A DNA stretch of 64,000 bases from Candidatus Rokuibacteriota bacterium (GCA_003220535.1 QHSU01000057.1:246863-310862), one strand, 5' to 3'. Numbered from the stretch's first letter, positions 28,599-38,462 are shown. Notes: a model not told the origin generated them from the sequence alone. Program-made: numbers and translations.

Positions 28599-30470
28599 AT
28601 GAACAGAAAGGCGAAGCTCCTCGTTGTCTTGGCCGTCCTTGCGCTGGTCTGCGCCTTGGCCAAGGCCGAGGTGGCTGCGCAGGCCATCACCGTGTCTCCC
28701 GCCAATCCCACCATTTCCGTCGGTCAGAATCAGCAGTTCACGGCGACCGGAATCACCTCGGCCATCGCCGTCGACGCCGGGAGCTTCCACACTTGTGCGC
28801 TCCTTCAGGACGGTGCGCTGCGGTGCTGGGGGCTGAACGACTCGGGTCAGCTCGGCAACGGGACCACAACCAGCTCCTCGACGCCGGTGGCGGTCGCTGG
28901 AATCACGGGAGCCGCTGCCGTCACGGGCGGTGGCTATCACACCTGCGCGCGCTTTACGGACGGCACGCTGGAATGCTGGGGACGGAATGACGCCGGCCAG
29001 CTCGGCGACCCGGCCACTACGACAGACGTCTCCGGAATTCCGGTACGGGTCACCGGCATCACCACCGCGACCGCTGTCACGGCCGGTGGCTTCCACACCT
29101 GCGCGCTACTTCAGGACGGCACGGTGCGGTGCTGGGGGCAGAACACCTTCGGTCAGCTCGGCAACGGGACAATCCTCAATTCCTTCACGCCGGTGGCGGT
29201 CAGCGGAATCACCACCGCCGTGGCCGTCTCAGCCGGCGGTTGGCATACCTGCGCGCTCCTGCAGGACGGCACCGTACGCTGCTGGGGGCGGAATGAGGAC
29301 GGGCAGCTCGGCAACGGGACGATCATTCCTTCTCTCACTCCGGTGGCGGTGAGCGGAATCACCACCGCTGTCGCCGTCGAAGCCGGGATCTTCGACACCT
29401 GCACACTCCTGCAGGACGGCACCGTGCGCTGTTGGGGACGGAACACTGAAGGCCAGCTCGGCAACGGGACCACCACCAGCTCCTCCGTCCCCGTAACGGT
29501 CAGCGGCATCACCCCCGCTGCCCTCGCACCCGGTGCCGAGCATAGCTGCGCGCTCTTCCGGGACGGCACGGTGCGCTGTTGGGGTGACAATAACTTCGGC
29601 CAGCTCGGCAACGGGACCGCGCCACGCACGATCTCCACTATCCCTTCGGCACCGGTCACCGGAATCGCCACCGCTACTGCCCTCGCATCGGGTGCCGTGC
29701 ACAGTTGTGCGCTCCTTCCGGACGGCTCCGTGCGCTGCTGGGGGCAGAACAACTTCAGCCAGCTCGGAAACGGGACGACGACCGATGCGTTCACCCCCGT
29801 GGTTGTCACCGGCATCGGCGTGACGTGGACGAGCAGTGACACGACCGTCGCAGCAATCGATGGAGCCGGGTCGGCCACGGGCCGTGGCCCTGGATCCACC
29901 ACAATCTCCGCCACCTCTGCCGGCCGGAGCGGGAGCACCACGCTCACGGTGGTGACTCGGCCCAGCCTCACGGTGGTCCGTGAGGGCACCGGGAACGGCA
30001 CGGTGACCTCCAGTCCCGCGGGGATCGACTGCGGCACCACCTGCTCAGCCTCCTACGACAGTGGCACCGCGGTGACCCTCACGGCGACGCCCGCCAGCGG
30101 CTCGACCTTTGAGGGCTGGACGGGCGGCGGCTGCGCCGGGACCGGTCCCTGCACCGTGACCCTCACAGCCAGCACGACCGTCTTCGCCCGCCTCGCCGTC
30201 CCCCGCGTCAGCCTCACGGTGACCCGTGAGGGCACCGGGAGCGGCACCGTAACCTCCAGTCCCGCGGGGATCGACTGCGGCGCCGTGTGCTCGGCCTCCT
30301 ACGAGAGCGGCACCGTCGTGACCCTCACGGCGACGCCCGCCACCGGCTCGACCTTTGAGGGCTGGACAGGCGGCGGCTGTGGCGGCACCGGTACCTGTAC
30401 CGTCACCGTGACCGGAAACACCGCCGTCTCCGCCCGGTTTTCGGTCCTGGGGCTGAGAGGGTTGCTATAA
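28599..30470 (+). CDS. Secreted RCC1-repeat protein, paralogue with split Big_2 and two InlB-B-like repeats
   Basis: ATG 28599 (MNRKAKLL, aligns with the paralogue start), seven CWG RCC1 units, two C-terminal repeats. Confidence 0.88.
   Translation: MNRKAKLLVVLAVLALVCALAKAEVAAQAITVSPANPTISVGQNQQFTATGITSAIAVDAGSFHTCALLQDGALRCWGLNDSGQLGNGTTTSSSTPVAVAGITGAAAVTGGGYHTCARFTDGTLECWGRNDAGQLGDPATTTDVSGIPVRVTGITTATAVTAGGFHTCALLQDGTVRCWGQNTFGQLGNGTILNSFTPVAVSGITTAVAVSAGGWHTCALLQDGTVRCWGRNEDGQLGNGTIIPSLTPVAVSGITTAVAVEAGIFDTCTLLQDGTVRCWGRNTEGQLGNGTTTSSSVPVTVSGITPAALAPGAEHSCALFRDGTVRCWGDNNFGQLGNGTAPRTISTIPSAPVTGIATATALASGAVHSCALLPDGSVRCWGQNNFSQLGNGTTTDAFTPVVVTGIGVTWTSSDTTVAAIDGAGSATGRGPGSTTISATSAGRSGSTTLTVVTRPSLTVVREGTGNGTVTSSPAGIDCGTTCSASYDSGTAVTLTATPASGSTFEGWTGGGCAGTGPCTVTLTASTTVFARLAVPRVSLTVTREGTGSGTVTSSPAGIDCGAVCSASYESGTVVTLTATPATGSTFEGWTGGGCGGTGTCTVTVTGNTAVSARFSVLGLRGLL
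29964..30441 (+). repeat. Intragenic tandem duplication with 246-bp period (82 aa)
   Basis: AGCCTCACGGTG..CCGTGAGGGCACCGGG at 29964 and 30210, followed by near-identical sequence. Confidence 0.85.
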
Positions 30471-31661
30471 ATGCTGTCGCAGTCTCTCGGGACGAGCAGC
30501 CAGCGTGACAAGAAGGTTCTGACCCTCTTCGGCACCCGACCCGAGGTCATCAAGCTTGCCCCGGTCATCGAGCAGCTCGAGGCTCGGCGAGGTGCGATCC
30601 AAACCGTCAACGTGACCTCGGCGCAGCACACCGATCTGCTCTATCCCTTCATCCGGATGTTCGGCATCCGGGTCGATCACGATCTGCACATCATGGAACC
30701 GCATCAGAGCCCCAACCAGGTGTGCGCGCGGCTGCTTACCCGGCTGGACAGCCTCCTGACCGAAGAACGACCGGACCTGATCCTCGTCCAGGGCGACACG
30801 ACGACGGCCATGACGGGCGCACTCGGGGGATTCTATCGCCGCATTCCGATCGGCCATGTCGAGGCCGGCTTGAGGTCGGGAAACGCCTACAGTCCCTATC
30901 CCGAGGAGATGAACCGGCGACTCATTACCCGTCTCGCCACTTACCATTTTTCGGCGACGCGTCGCAATCGCGCCACGCTTCTTTCCGAGGGCGTGCCTGA
31001 GGAGACCGTGTTCGTCACGGGCAACCCCGTCGTCGATGCCCTGCATGCCATCCTCGAACGCGCAGGAGTCTCGCCCGTTGTGGCGAGACTGCTCGGGGCG
31101 ACGAGCGGCTTGAAGCGGATCGTCCTGACAACCCATCGCCGCGAGAGCTTCGGCGAAGTGATGGCCGGAAACCTGAAAGTCCTCCGCAATTTCGTCGCGC
31201 GTCGCAACGATGTCGCCCTTCTCTTCCCCGTGCACCCCAATCCGGACGTCCTCGTTCCGGCCACGGAAATTCTCTCCGGACACCCGCGGATTCACCTCGT
31301 TCCTGCGCTCGGGTACGAGGACTTCATCGTCCTCCTCTCGCGCGCCTGGCTGCTCGTCTCGGATTCGGGCGGTGTACAGGAAGAGGCGCCGACGCTGGGC
31401 AAGCCCGTGCTCATACTCCGGGAAAACACGGAGCGGCCGGAAGCGATCGAGGCGGGCGTCGCACGCCTCGTTGGGGGGGAGCCAGGGCATTTGGCTCTCA
31501 TGCTCGAAGAGGCGTACGAGGACGGAAGCTGGATTCACCACGTCGGCAAGGGCGAGAATCCCTTCGGCCAGGGAGACGCTGGGAAGCGGATCGCGCAGAT
31601 CATCGTGCGCGTGCTGGCCGAGTTGCCGGTCCTGAGGCCGCTCGTGGCGGTTCCGGGGTGA
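30471..31661 (+). CDS. wecB: UDP-N-acetylglucosamine 2-epimerase (non-hydrolysing)
   Basis: FGTRPEVIK, QGDTTT, HVEAGLRS, PEEMNR, HRRES, DSGGVQEEAP, TERPE. Confidence 0.95.
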   Translation: MLSQSLGTSSQRDKKVLTLFGTRPEVIKLAPVIEQLEARRGAIQTVNVTSAQHTDLLYPFIRMFGIRVDHDLHIMEPHQSPNQVCARLLTRLDSLLTEERPDLILVQGDTTTAMTGALGGFYRRIPIGHVEAGLRSGNAYSPYPEEMNRRLITRLATYHFSATRRNRATLLSEGVPEETVFVTGNPVVDALHAILERAGVSPVVARLLGATSGLKRIVLTTHRRESFGEVMAGNLKVLRNFVARRNDVALLFPVHPNPDVLVPATEILSGHPRIHLVPALGYEDFIVLLSRAWLLVSDSGGVQEEAPTLGKPVLILRENTERPEAIEAGVARLVGGEPGHLALMLEEAYEDGSWIHHVGKGENPFGQGDAGKRIAQIIVRVLAELPVLRPLVAVPG

Positions 31662-31729
31662 GCGGAACATTGGTGAGCCGGCTCCGGACGTCCCCCGCGC
31701 TTGCCACGCCCGGGCGGGGGAAACGCTCC

Positions 31730-32728
31730 ATGCGGGCGCTCGCGAAGGCGCTGCTCTGCGGGTGCTTCTACTACAGCGGCCTGACGGGCCTGATCGCGCG
31801 GTGGTTTCCCCGGCACCATCCCATCATCCTCTGCGCTCATCGAGTAGTTTCCGGGGAAGATCCATTCTTTCCGGGGATCCTTCAGGAGCGGTTTGCGGCC
31901 GAGCTCGCCTACCTGACCCGCCACCACCGGGTGCTGCCGCTGGGCGAGGTCGTCGAGGCCATTCTGAACGAGCGCCCCTTGCCGCCCGGCTCGGTCGCGA
32001 TCACGTTCGATGACGGCTTTGCCGACAACTTCCACCTGGCGTATCCGATCCTCCAGCGCTATGGAGTATCGGCGACGATCTTCATCGTCTTCGCGAGCGT
32101 GGAGACGGGATGCCTTCCGTGGCCCGAGCGAGTCGCATACCTGCTTCAGCACACTCAACGAACGAGGCTGGAAATCAGCCTGCCAGAGCCGAGAGTGTTC
32201 TCTCTGGCCAGTCAAGGGGAGAGGGTCGAGGCGCTCGCGACCCTCCAGACGCTGCTCAAGACGTGCGGAACCGTGGTCAGGCGCCGGGCTGTCGAGGAGC
32301 TCGAGGAGAGCCTCTCGGTCGAACGGGATCAGGGAATGATGCTCACCTGGGAGCAGTGCCAGCGCATGGCGCAAACCGGCATCGGCTTCGGTTCCCATAC
32401 GCTCACCCATCCGATCCTCGCCCGAACCGAGACTGCCGAGGTGGAGCATGAGATCGCGACGTCCAAGGCTCTGATCGAGAGCCAGATCGGTCGGCGAGTG
32501 GACTATTTTACGTACCCGGACGACAACGTCTGCCGCGCGGCCCTCGATGCAGTAGAGGCCGCCGGCTTCGAGGCCGCGTTCGCGGGGGCCCGCCACGTCG
32601 GCCAGACGCCGGTGGATCGCTTCGCGATTGGTCGGACCCCCTGGGATCTCGGTCCGGTCAGCGTCTTTGCTGCCGAAGCGAGCGGTCTTCTCAACGGACT
32701 TCGCGACCTCCTCACGTTCCTTTGCTGA
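31730..32728 (+). CDS. Polysaccharide deacetylase (PgaB/IcaB-like CE4)
   Basis: HRV, ITFDDG, GSHTLTHP, FTYP; start ATG 31730 or GTG 31658. Confidence 0.87.
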   Translation: MRALAKALLCGCFYYSGLTGLIARWFPRHHPIILCAHRVVSGEDPFFPGILQERFAAELAYLTRHHRVLPLGEVVEAILNERPLPPGSVAITFDDGFADNFHLAYPILQRYGVSATIFIVFASVETGCLPWPERVAYLLQHTQRTRLEISLPEPRVFSLASQGERVEALATLQTLLKTCGTVVRRRAVEELEESLSVERDQGMMLTWEQCQRMAQTGIGFGSHTLTHPILARTETAEVEHEIATSKALIESQIGRRVDYFTYPDDNVCRAALDAVEAAGFEAAFAGARHVGQTPVDRFAIGRTPWDLGPVSVFAAEASGLLNGLRDLLTFLC

Positions 32729-32753
32729 ATCTCTCGTGCGGATCCCTCCGTTG

Positions 32754-33806
32754 ATGTGGCGGACACGAGCCTACCGCGTGGAGGATCTCGGGCCTCTGGC
32801 GGAATTCCTCGTCCCGCTGGGGGACGAGAGCTTCAGCTCTCGGCTTCGCGGCAAGGTGAGCGCCTACTATCGCTGGAAGTACGGGAACGGACCCGGCGAA
32901 TCCGACCGCGTCCGTCTGGCGATCGGCGTCGATGGACTCATCGGCGTGGTGGCGATGCTGCCGCGACGGATCAAGCTGGGAGGGCAGGTTCTCACCGCGT
33001 TCGAGTTCGGCGACCTTTTGACGGGTCCCGGCTATCGGCGTCAGGGAGTCTTTTCGACGTTAGGGCGGGAAGCGTGCGAGGCGTCAGCCGCGATGGGAGC
33101 CCTCAGCTACGTCAAGCCCAACGCCGACGCCGCCCCCGCGCTCTTGAAGCACCTCGGCTTCAGGCCCTTGCTCGAGCTCGAAACGCTGGCACGTCCCATC
33201 CGAGTTTCTCGCATCCTCGCCCAGCGCTTCGGACGCTGGCCCTTCGGCGCCTGGGGTCGGCCACTCGACAAGCTCTTCGCCGTTCGCGCATCGAGCGGCC
33301 CACCTTTCCTGACTCGCGAGGCGATCTTCGGCGAGGAGTTCGACGGCCTCTGGGAGGCGGTAGCCGGCGACTACCCGGCCATCGTCGTCCGCGACCGGAC
33401 GTATCTCGAGTGGCGGTACCGGCAGAATCCCACGGACTACACGGTCCTGGCCGCTCGCGACGGGAGCGGTCGGCTTCGAGGATATGCGGTCGGGCTCGTC
33501 GTGCAGTGGGGCGCACGGCGGATCGGTTACCTGGTGGACATCCTCGCCCGACGCGAGGATCGGGCCACCCAGGTAGCTTTGGCCAGGGGAATTCTTCGGT
33601 CGTGCTCAGATGAAGGGGCCCAGACCGTCCACACGTGGATCGCGAAGGAGTCCGCCTCGGTACAATCCACGCTGCGATCCGCTCTCCGGTCGGTCGGGTT
33701 TTTCCATCGCGGCAGCGACTGGGTTCTCTGGCGGCCGAGCCTCGACGATCTCCCGAGCGATCAACGGGCCTGGTATCTCACCATGGCGGACTTCGACGGG
33801 ATCTGA
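32754..33806 (+). CDS. GNAT family acyltransferase (tandem GNAT-like)
   Basis: YYRWKY, DLLTGPGYRRQGVF, RDRTYLEWRY..NP, C-terminal ADFD. Confidence 0.78.
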   Translation: MWRTRAYRVEDLGPLAEFLVPLGDESFSSRLRGKVSAYYRWKYGNGPGESDRVRLAIGVDGLIGVVAMLPRRIKLGGQVLTAFEFGDLLTGPGYRRQGVFSTLGREACEASAAMGALSYVKPNADAAPALLKHLGFRPLLELETLARPIRVSRILAQRFGRWPFGAWGRPLDKLFAVRASSGPPFLTREAIFGEEFDGLWEAVAGDYPAIVVRDRTYLEWRYRQNPTDYTVLAARDGSGRLRGYAVGLVVQWGARRIGYLVDILARREDRATQVALARGILRSCSDEGAQTVHTWIAKESASVQSTLRSALRSVGFFHRGSDWVLWRPSLDDLPSDQRAWYLTMADFDGI

Positions 33807-34636
33807 TGATGCCCGTCCAGGCTCCGCCAGTGTCCTCCGACAAAGACCGCGTCACGGAACTCTTCCGCGTGATGCTGCCCTATTACCTCCACGAACGAGC
33901 CCACGACTGGCGGTTCCTGGCTCAGCAGCGTCGGGTGTGCGCCATGCTCAGCGGGCGTGCCGGCCGGGCTCTGGACATCGGATGCGGCTCGGGTCTCATG
34001 ACCGAAGCGCTCGTCGAGCGGGGATGGGAGGTGTGGGGCCTGGACTTGCTCGAGTCGGCCGTGGCGTGGGCGAGCGCGGAGGCCGAGAAGGCTTCCTGGG
34101 GTGATCGAGCTCATTACGTCGTCGGGGACGCCGAGGCGCTGCCCTTCTCCACGGCGACCTTCGACACGGTGATCGCGATGGGAGTGCTGGAATATCTGCC
34201 CGATGTGCACCGATTCGTCTCCGAAGTGCGCCGCGTGCTGCGGCCGAGCGGGCTGCTCGTCGTCAGCGTTCCCTCGAGCATCGCGCCCTATCACCTCGCG
34301 CAGAGCGTGCTCGACCGGTTCGTGGGACCCCCCTACCGCGGCATCCGTCGCCTCGTGACCGGATCGGTTCGGCGAAGCCAGATTCCCGATCACCCCCGGC
34401 ATCCTCTCGCTCCCTGGCGACTCGACCGCGTCCTCGCTCGTGCGCGATTCCGAAAACAGGCGTGGGCATTTTCGCATTTCTGCTTCTATCCGCTCGACCG
34501 GTTCCTTCCGGGTCTCTCGCGTCGGATCGACCGCCGCTGCACAGTGCTGGAGGAGTCATCGCTCTTGGGGTGGCTGGGGACGCAGTACATCGTTGCGGCC
34601 GTGAGACGCGGCGAGCTCAGCCCCGAGGCGGGATAG
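33806..34636 (+). CDS. Class I SAM-dependent methyltransferase
   Basis: ALDIGCGSG, GDAEALPF...FD, RRVLRPSG. Confidence 0.85.
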   Translation: MMPVQAPPVSSDKDRVTELFRVMLPYYLHERAHDWRFLAQQRRVCAMLSGRAGRALDIGCGSGLMTEALVERGWEVWGLDLLESAVAWASAEAEKASWGDRAHYVVGDAEALPFSTATFDTVIAMGVLEYLPDVHRFVSEVRRVLRPSGLLVVSVPSSIAPYHLAQSVLDRFVGPPYRGIRRLVTGSVRRSQIPDHPRHPLAPWRLDRVLARARFRKQAWAFSHFCFYPLDRFLPGLSRRIDRRCTVLEESSLLGWLGTQYIVAAVRRGELSPEAG

Positions 34637-34653
34637 GGAGGAGGAGCGCACGC

Positions 34654-35391
34654 GTGGAGCTCAGGGCCGATCTTCATCTCCACACTTGGGAGCGCGAGAG
34701 ATTCATCGCATACGACGCGCAGGGCATGATCGACCGGGCGGCGCGTTCCGGCTTTCACGTCCTCAGCATCACCAATCACGACACCGTCACCTTCAGTGCA
34801 CGCCTGCAAGACTATGCCCGGGAGCGGGATATCCTGCTGATCCCCGGGGTCGAGGCGACCATCGAGGGCAAACACGTCCTCCTCTACAACATCGACGTTC
34901 CCCTCGAACGGATCGAAACCTTCGCCGACCTGCGCCGGCTCCGTCGCCCGGAGTGGCTGGTGGCGGCGCCCCACCCGTTCTTTCCGGGCTCCATCTGTCT
35001 CCGGGACCGTCTTCTCCAGGAGATCGACCTCTTCGACGCGATCGAATTCAGCCATTTCTACACGCGGAGGATCGACTTCAACCGCCCTGCGGTCCGCCTG
35101 GCCAAGGAAGCCGGCTTGCCGCTCCTCGGGACGTCGGACAGCCACGTCATCCGGCAGTTCGGGACGACCTATTCTCTGATCGAGGGATCGCCGACGGTCG
35201 AATCGGTGCTGGGTGCCATCCGAAAGGGCCAGGTCCGGGTCGAGAGCCGCCCGCTGACCCTTCGCGAGTGCGCCGGGATCTTCCGCGAGATGGTCGTCGC
35301 CGATTACCGCGAACGCGCGCGGTCCCTTGGCTCCAGGGCCGTCACTGTTAGCGAGCGTACGTCGAGAATCCGCGAGGACTCGAGAGTCTGA
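34654..35391 (+). CDS. PHP-domain phosphoesterase
   Basis: GGAGGAGG RBS then GTG; DLHLHT, ITNHD, PGVE, PHPF, SDSH. Confidence 0.87.
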   Translation: MELRADLHLHTWERERFIAYDAQGMIDRAARSGFHVLSITNHDTVTFSARLQDYARERDILLIPGVEATIEGKHVLLYNIDVPLERIETFADLRRLRRPEWLVAAPHPFFPGSICLRDRLLQEIDLFDAIEFSHFYTRRIDFNRPAVRLAKEAGLPLLGTSDSHVIRQFGTTYSLIEGSPTVESVLGAIRKGQVRVESRPLTLRECAGIFREMVVADYRERARSLGSRAVTVSERTSRIREDSRV

Positions 35392-35413
35392 ATGACGAGC
35401 GGGGAGGCTCATC

Positions 35414-36751
35414 ATGCGCGTCAACATCTTCGGGATGGGATATGTGGGCTGCGTGACCGCGGCTTGCTTGGCCAGGGCCGGGCACGAGATCGTCGGCGTG
35501 GATGTCAGCAAGGAAAAGGTGGACATGATCAATGCCGGCGCGTCACCGGTCGTTGAGCCGGGCCTGACCGAGCTCCTGGCCGAGGTGGTGGGCGCGCGGC
35601 GGCTCAGGGCGACGACGTCGCCTCGGGACGCGGTGGCGAGCTCGGCGCTCTCGCTCATCTGTGTCGGGACCCCCGGGCGCGTCAACGGGCAACTGGACCT
35701 GCGCGCCATCGAGCGCGTCGGACGGGCGATCGGCGAGGCGCTCACGGCCCGCAGCGAGATCCACACCGTCGTGCTCCGGAGCACCGTGCTGCCCGGAGTC
35801 ACAGAGAAGGTTCTCGTCCCCGCGATTCTTTCCGGGGCTGGGCCAGACTATCGGCCCCGCCTGCGCGTCGCCGTGAACCCCGAGTTCATGCGTGAGGGTT
35901 CGTCGCTGCGAGACTTCGCGACGCCGCCTCTCACCCTCGTGGGATGCGACGATCCCGAAACTGCCGGGCTGCTCCGGTCACTCTACGCCGGCGTGGACGC
36001 CCCGTTCGTGCACGCTGGGGTGAAGACCGCGGAGATGGCCAAGTACGTGGCGAACGCCTTCCACGCGCTCAAAGTGAGCTTTGCCAACGAGATCGGCGAT
36101 TTGTGCGCGGCGCTCGGCGCCGACGCGCAGGAGGTCATACGAATTTTCCTGATGGACCGAAAGCTCAACGTGTCCGAGGCCTATCTCCGCCCGGGCTTCG
36201 CGTTCGGCGGCTCGTGCCTCCCGAAGGACCTCCGGGCGTTACTGTATGCCGCTCGAACAGCTGATGTGTCGCCGCTGGTGCTCTCCGCGATCCTGCCCTC
36301 CAACGAGGCGCAGATCCACCGGGGAATCGACGCCGTGCTGGAAACTCGCAAGCGCCGGGTGGGCGTCGTGGGCCTGTCCTTCAAGCCGGGGACCGACGAC
36401 CTCCGGGAGAGTCCGATGGTCCCGCTGGTCGAGGCACTCATCGGCAAGGGATGCGACGTACGAATCCTCGACCCGAACGTCTCGTTCGCACGCCTGGTCG
36501 GCGCCAATCGTCGCTACATCGTAGAGGAGATTCCCCACATCGCGTCGTTGATGTGCGAGGACATCCAGCGGTTCCTCGACCACGCGGAAGTCCTGGTGAT
36601 CGGAAGCGCGAGCCGGGAGGCGACGCTCGTCCTCGCCGCGATCGGCCCCGATCACATCGTCGTCGATCTGACACGCGGCGCCGTGCGGCCGCTCTCGACG
36701 CCAGGTCTGGAAGCCCAGTCCGATGGCGGCCACGCACCTCGAGTCACGTAG
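35414..36751 (+). CDS. Nucleotide-sugar 6-dehydrogenase (GDP-mannose dehydrogenase AlgD-like / Ugd family)
   Basis: IFGMGYVG, CVGTP, RSTVLPG, NPEFMREG, PGFAFGGSCLPKD, FKPGTDDLRESP. Confidence 0.92.
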   Translation: MRVNIFGMGYVGCVTAACLARAGHEIVGVDVSKEKVDMINAGASPVVEPGLTELLAEVVGARRLRATTSPRDAVASSALSLICVGTPGRVNGQLDLRAIERVGRAIGEALTARSEIHTVVLRSTVLPGVTEKVLVPAILSGAGPDYRPRLRVAVNPEFMREGSSLRDFATPPLTLVGCDDPETAGLLRSLYAGVDAPFVHAGVKTAEMAKYVANAFHALKVSFANEIGDLCAALGADAQEVIRIFLMDRKLNVSEAYLRPGFAFGGSCLPKDLRALLYAARTADVSPLVLSAILPSNEAQIHRGIDAVLETRKRRVGVVGLSFKPGTDDLRESPMVPLVEALIGKGCDVRILDPNVSFARLVGANRRYIVEEIPHIASLMCEDIQRFLDHAEVLVIGSASREATLVLAAIGPDHIVVDLTRGAVRPLSTPGLEAQSDGGHAPRVT

Positions 36752-36763
36752 CTCGTCGCCAGG

Positions 36764-38292
36764 CTAGAGGGCGCGCACGGCGGCACGGAGCTCGTTCAGG
36801 TGGATGGCCTTGATGACGCTGAGCCCGGTGGGATCGGTGTAAGTCGGGGCAACCTGGCCGGCCGCTTGATAGGCTTGGTTCAGGGCGGTCCGCAGCTCGG
36901 TCAAGTGAACGCCTCTGACCCAGGTGCCCCCAACCGCGAGCGTGGGATCGGTCCAGGCAAAGGGCGCCAGCCCGCGTGCGACGCGAACGCTATCGATGGC
37001 CGCCCGAAGCTCCATGACGTGCACCACCTTGATGGGCGTGCTCTGTGCGGCGAGCGGATCGTCGGTGAACGTGAGGGTGGCCGAGAGCGTCACTGTGACG
37101 CTGGCCGTGGCGGTGTTGGCGGCGGCGTCGCGCGCGGTGACCGTCAGCACGTTGGTGCCGGGCTCGAGGACGATCCCGCTGGCCGTCCAGCTGGTCGTCC
37201 CGGTCGCCGTTCCGCTGCCGCCCCGATTGTTGGCCCACGTCACCTGAGTCACCCCGACGTTGTCGGCCGCGGTCCCGCCGAGTGTCAGGGAGGAGCTGCT
37301 CGTTGTGTAGGTCGGATTGGAGGTGGGCGAGGTAATGGTCGCGGTGGGCGGCGTCAGATCGAGATTGCTGACGGTCACCGCGACGGCGGCCGACGTCGTG
37401 ATGTTTCCGGCGGCGTCATAGGCGCGGGCGGTGAGACTGTGGGAGCCATTGCTCACGCTGGTGGTCGACCACGGGTAGGTGAAGGCGGGCGGGGCCAGGG
37501 CGGCGATGAGCTGGCCGTCCCGCGTCACTCGTATCGATTACCACCACGCCCGACACCGTCTGCCCGGTGGTCGGTGAGGAGATGGTCACGGTCGGCGGCG
37601 TCGTGTCCTCAGCCGGCTCCGTTGGGGAAACCACACCCGCCGTCGCCGCCTCGAGGGCGTCGATGTCGGCGCCGATATCGGTGCCATCGGTGGCCGCGTT
37701 CTTGTATGGACTGGACGAGGCCAGGCGGTAGTTGCGCTGGCGAGATCGACGAAGCCCACAGCGGCGAGCGAGGGGGGGAAATAATTCTCCGGCGGGTAGA
37801 TCAGCGCGCCGGCCAGGGGGTTGACCTCGATGCCGATGAACCGAAAGTGGTGAGCCTGCGCGGCCGTCTGGATGGCTCCACCCACGCCCGTCCCGACGAC
37901 GAGCTTCGGCATGACGGCGGCATACGAGGGACTCACTCGGTTCCTGGGGGCGGGAGGCTGCTGTCGGGGGCGCTGGTCCGGACCGTGATCCAGCCCAGTC
38001 CGGCCTTATTGGGCAGCGTGAACGGGCCGCGGAAGGTCGCCCCCGCCTGTAGCGTGATCACATCGCCCGGTTGCGCGGCATTGAGCGCGGCCTGGAGATC
38101 CCCTCCCGCCGGCACGATGATGGTCTGGCCCGACGGTGGCACGAGCGTGGTGTCGAGAAATGCGCGCGGGAGCTCGGGAGGTTGCGCCTCGGAACTCGCG
38201 ACCATCGCCGTAGGCAGGAGCAGCAGACCAATCGCGATTCCGCCAACAGGGAGAAGAACGAGCGCGCGGCGAACGCTCGCTCCCGAGTGCAT
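36764..38292 (-). pseudogene. Disrupted secreted protein gene (beta-helix-type N-terminus, Ig-like domains, C-terminal triple-repeat domain)
   Basis: Signal peptide from 38292; frame breaks near 37940, 37740 and 37530; the central beta-helix present in the 38773-40509 paralogue is missing. Confidence 0.82.
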
Positions 38293-38345
38293 CGAAGTTC
38301 CTCTCCGTGCGGAGTACCCGATGTTTCCCGGGGCCGCGAAGTGTG

Positions 38346-38419
38346 CCCTCCCTCGGTAGCGCGGCCGTCAGATGCGTGCGGCCCGTCTCACGACGGGGGT
38401 GTGCCCTTACCTGGGAGGG
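38346..38419 (-). ncRNA. Degenerate c-di-GMP-I (GEMM-I) riboswitch copy
   Basis: UAAGGGCACACC, P2 CCCGUC-GUGA-GACGGG and CUACCGA retained; the GCAAAGCCACGGGCC segment of the intact copy is lost. Confidence 0.65.
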
Positions 38420-38444
38420 TCTTTTCCTCTGGAAGACTAAGGGA

Positions 38445-38462
38445 TTGCACGGGGGGTGCCAA
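38445..38462 (-). promoter_or_regulatory. Sigma-54 -24/-12 promoter
   Basis: Minus strand TTGGCACCCCCCGTGCAA (GG-N10-GC), identical in the second copy. Confidence 0.78.

Noticed and set aside
25939-30470. Diversity-generating retroelement or CRISPR explanation for the repeats
   Set aside because: Repeats are in-frame protein repeats, the differences are not adenine-specific, and there is no reverse transcriptase, cas gene or repeat-spacer pattern.
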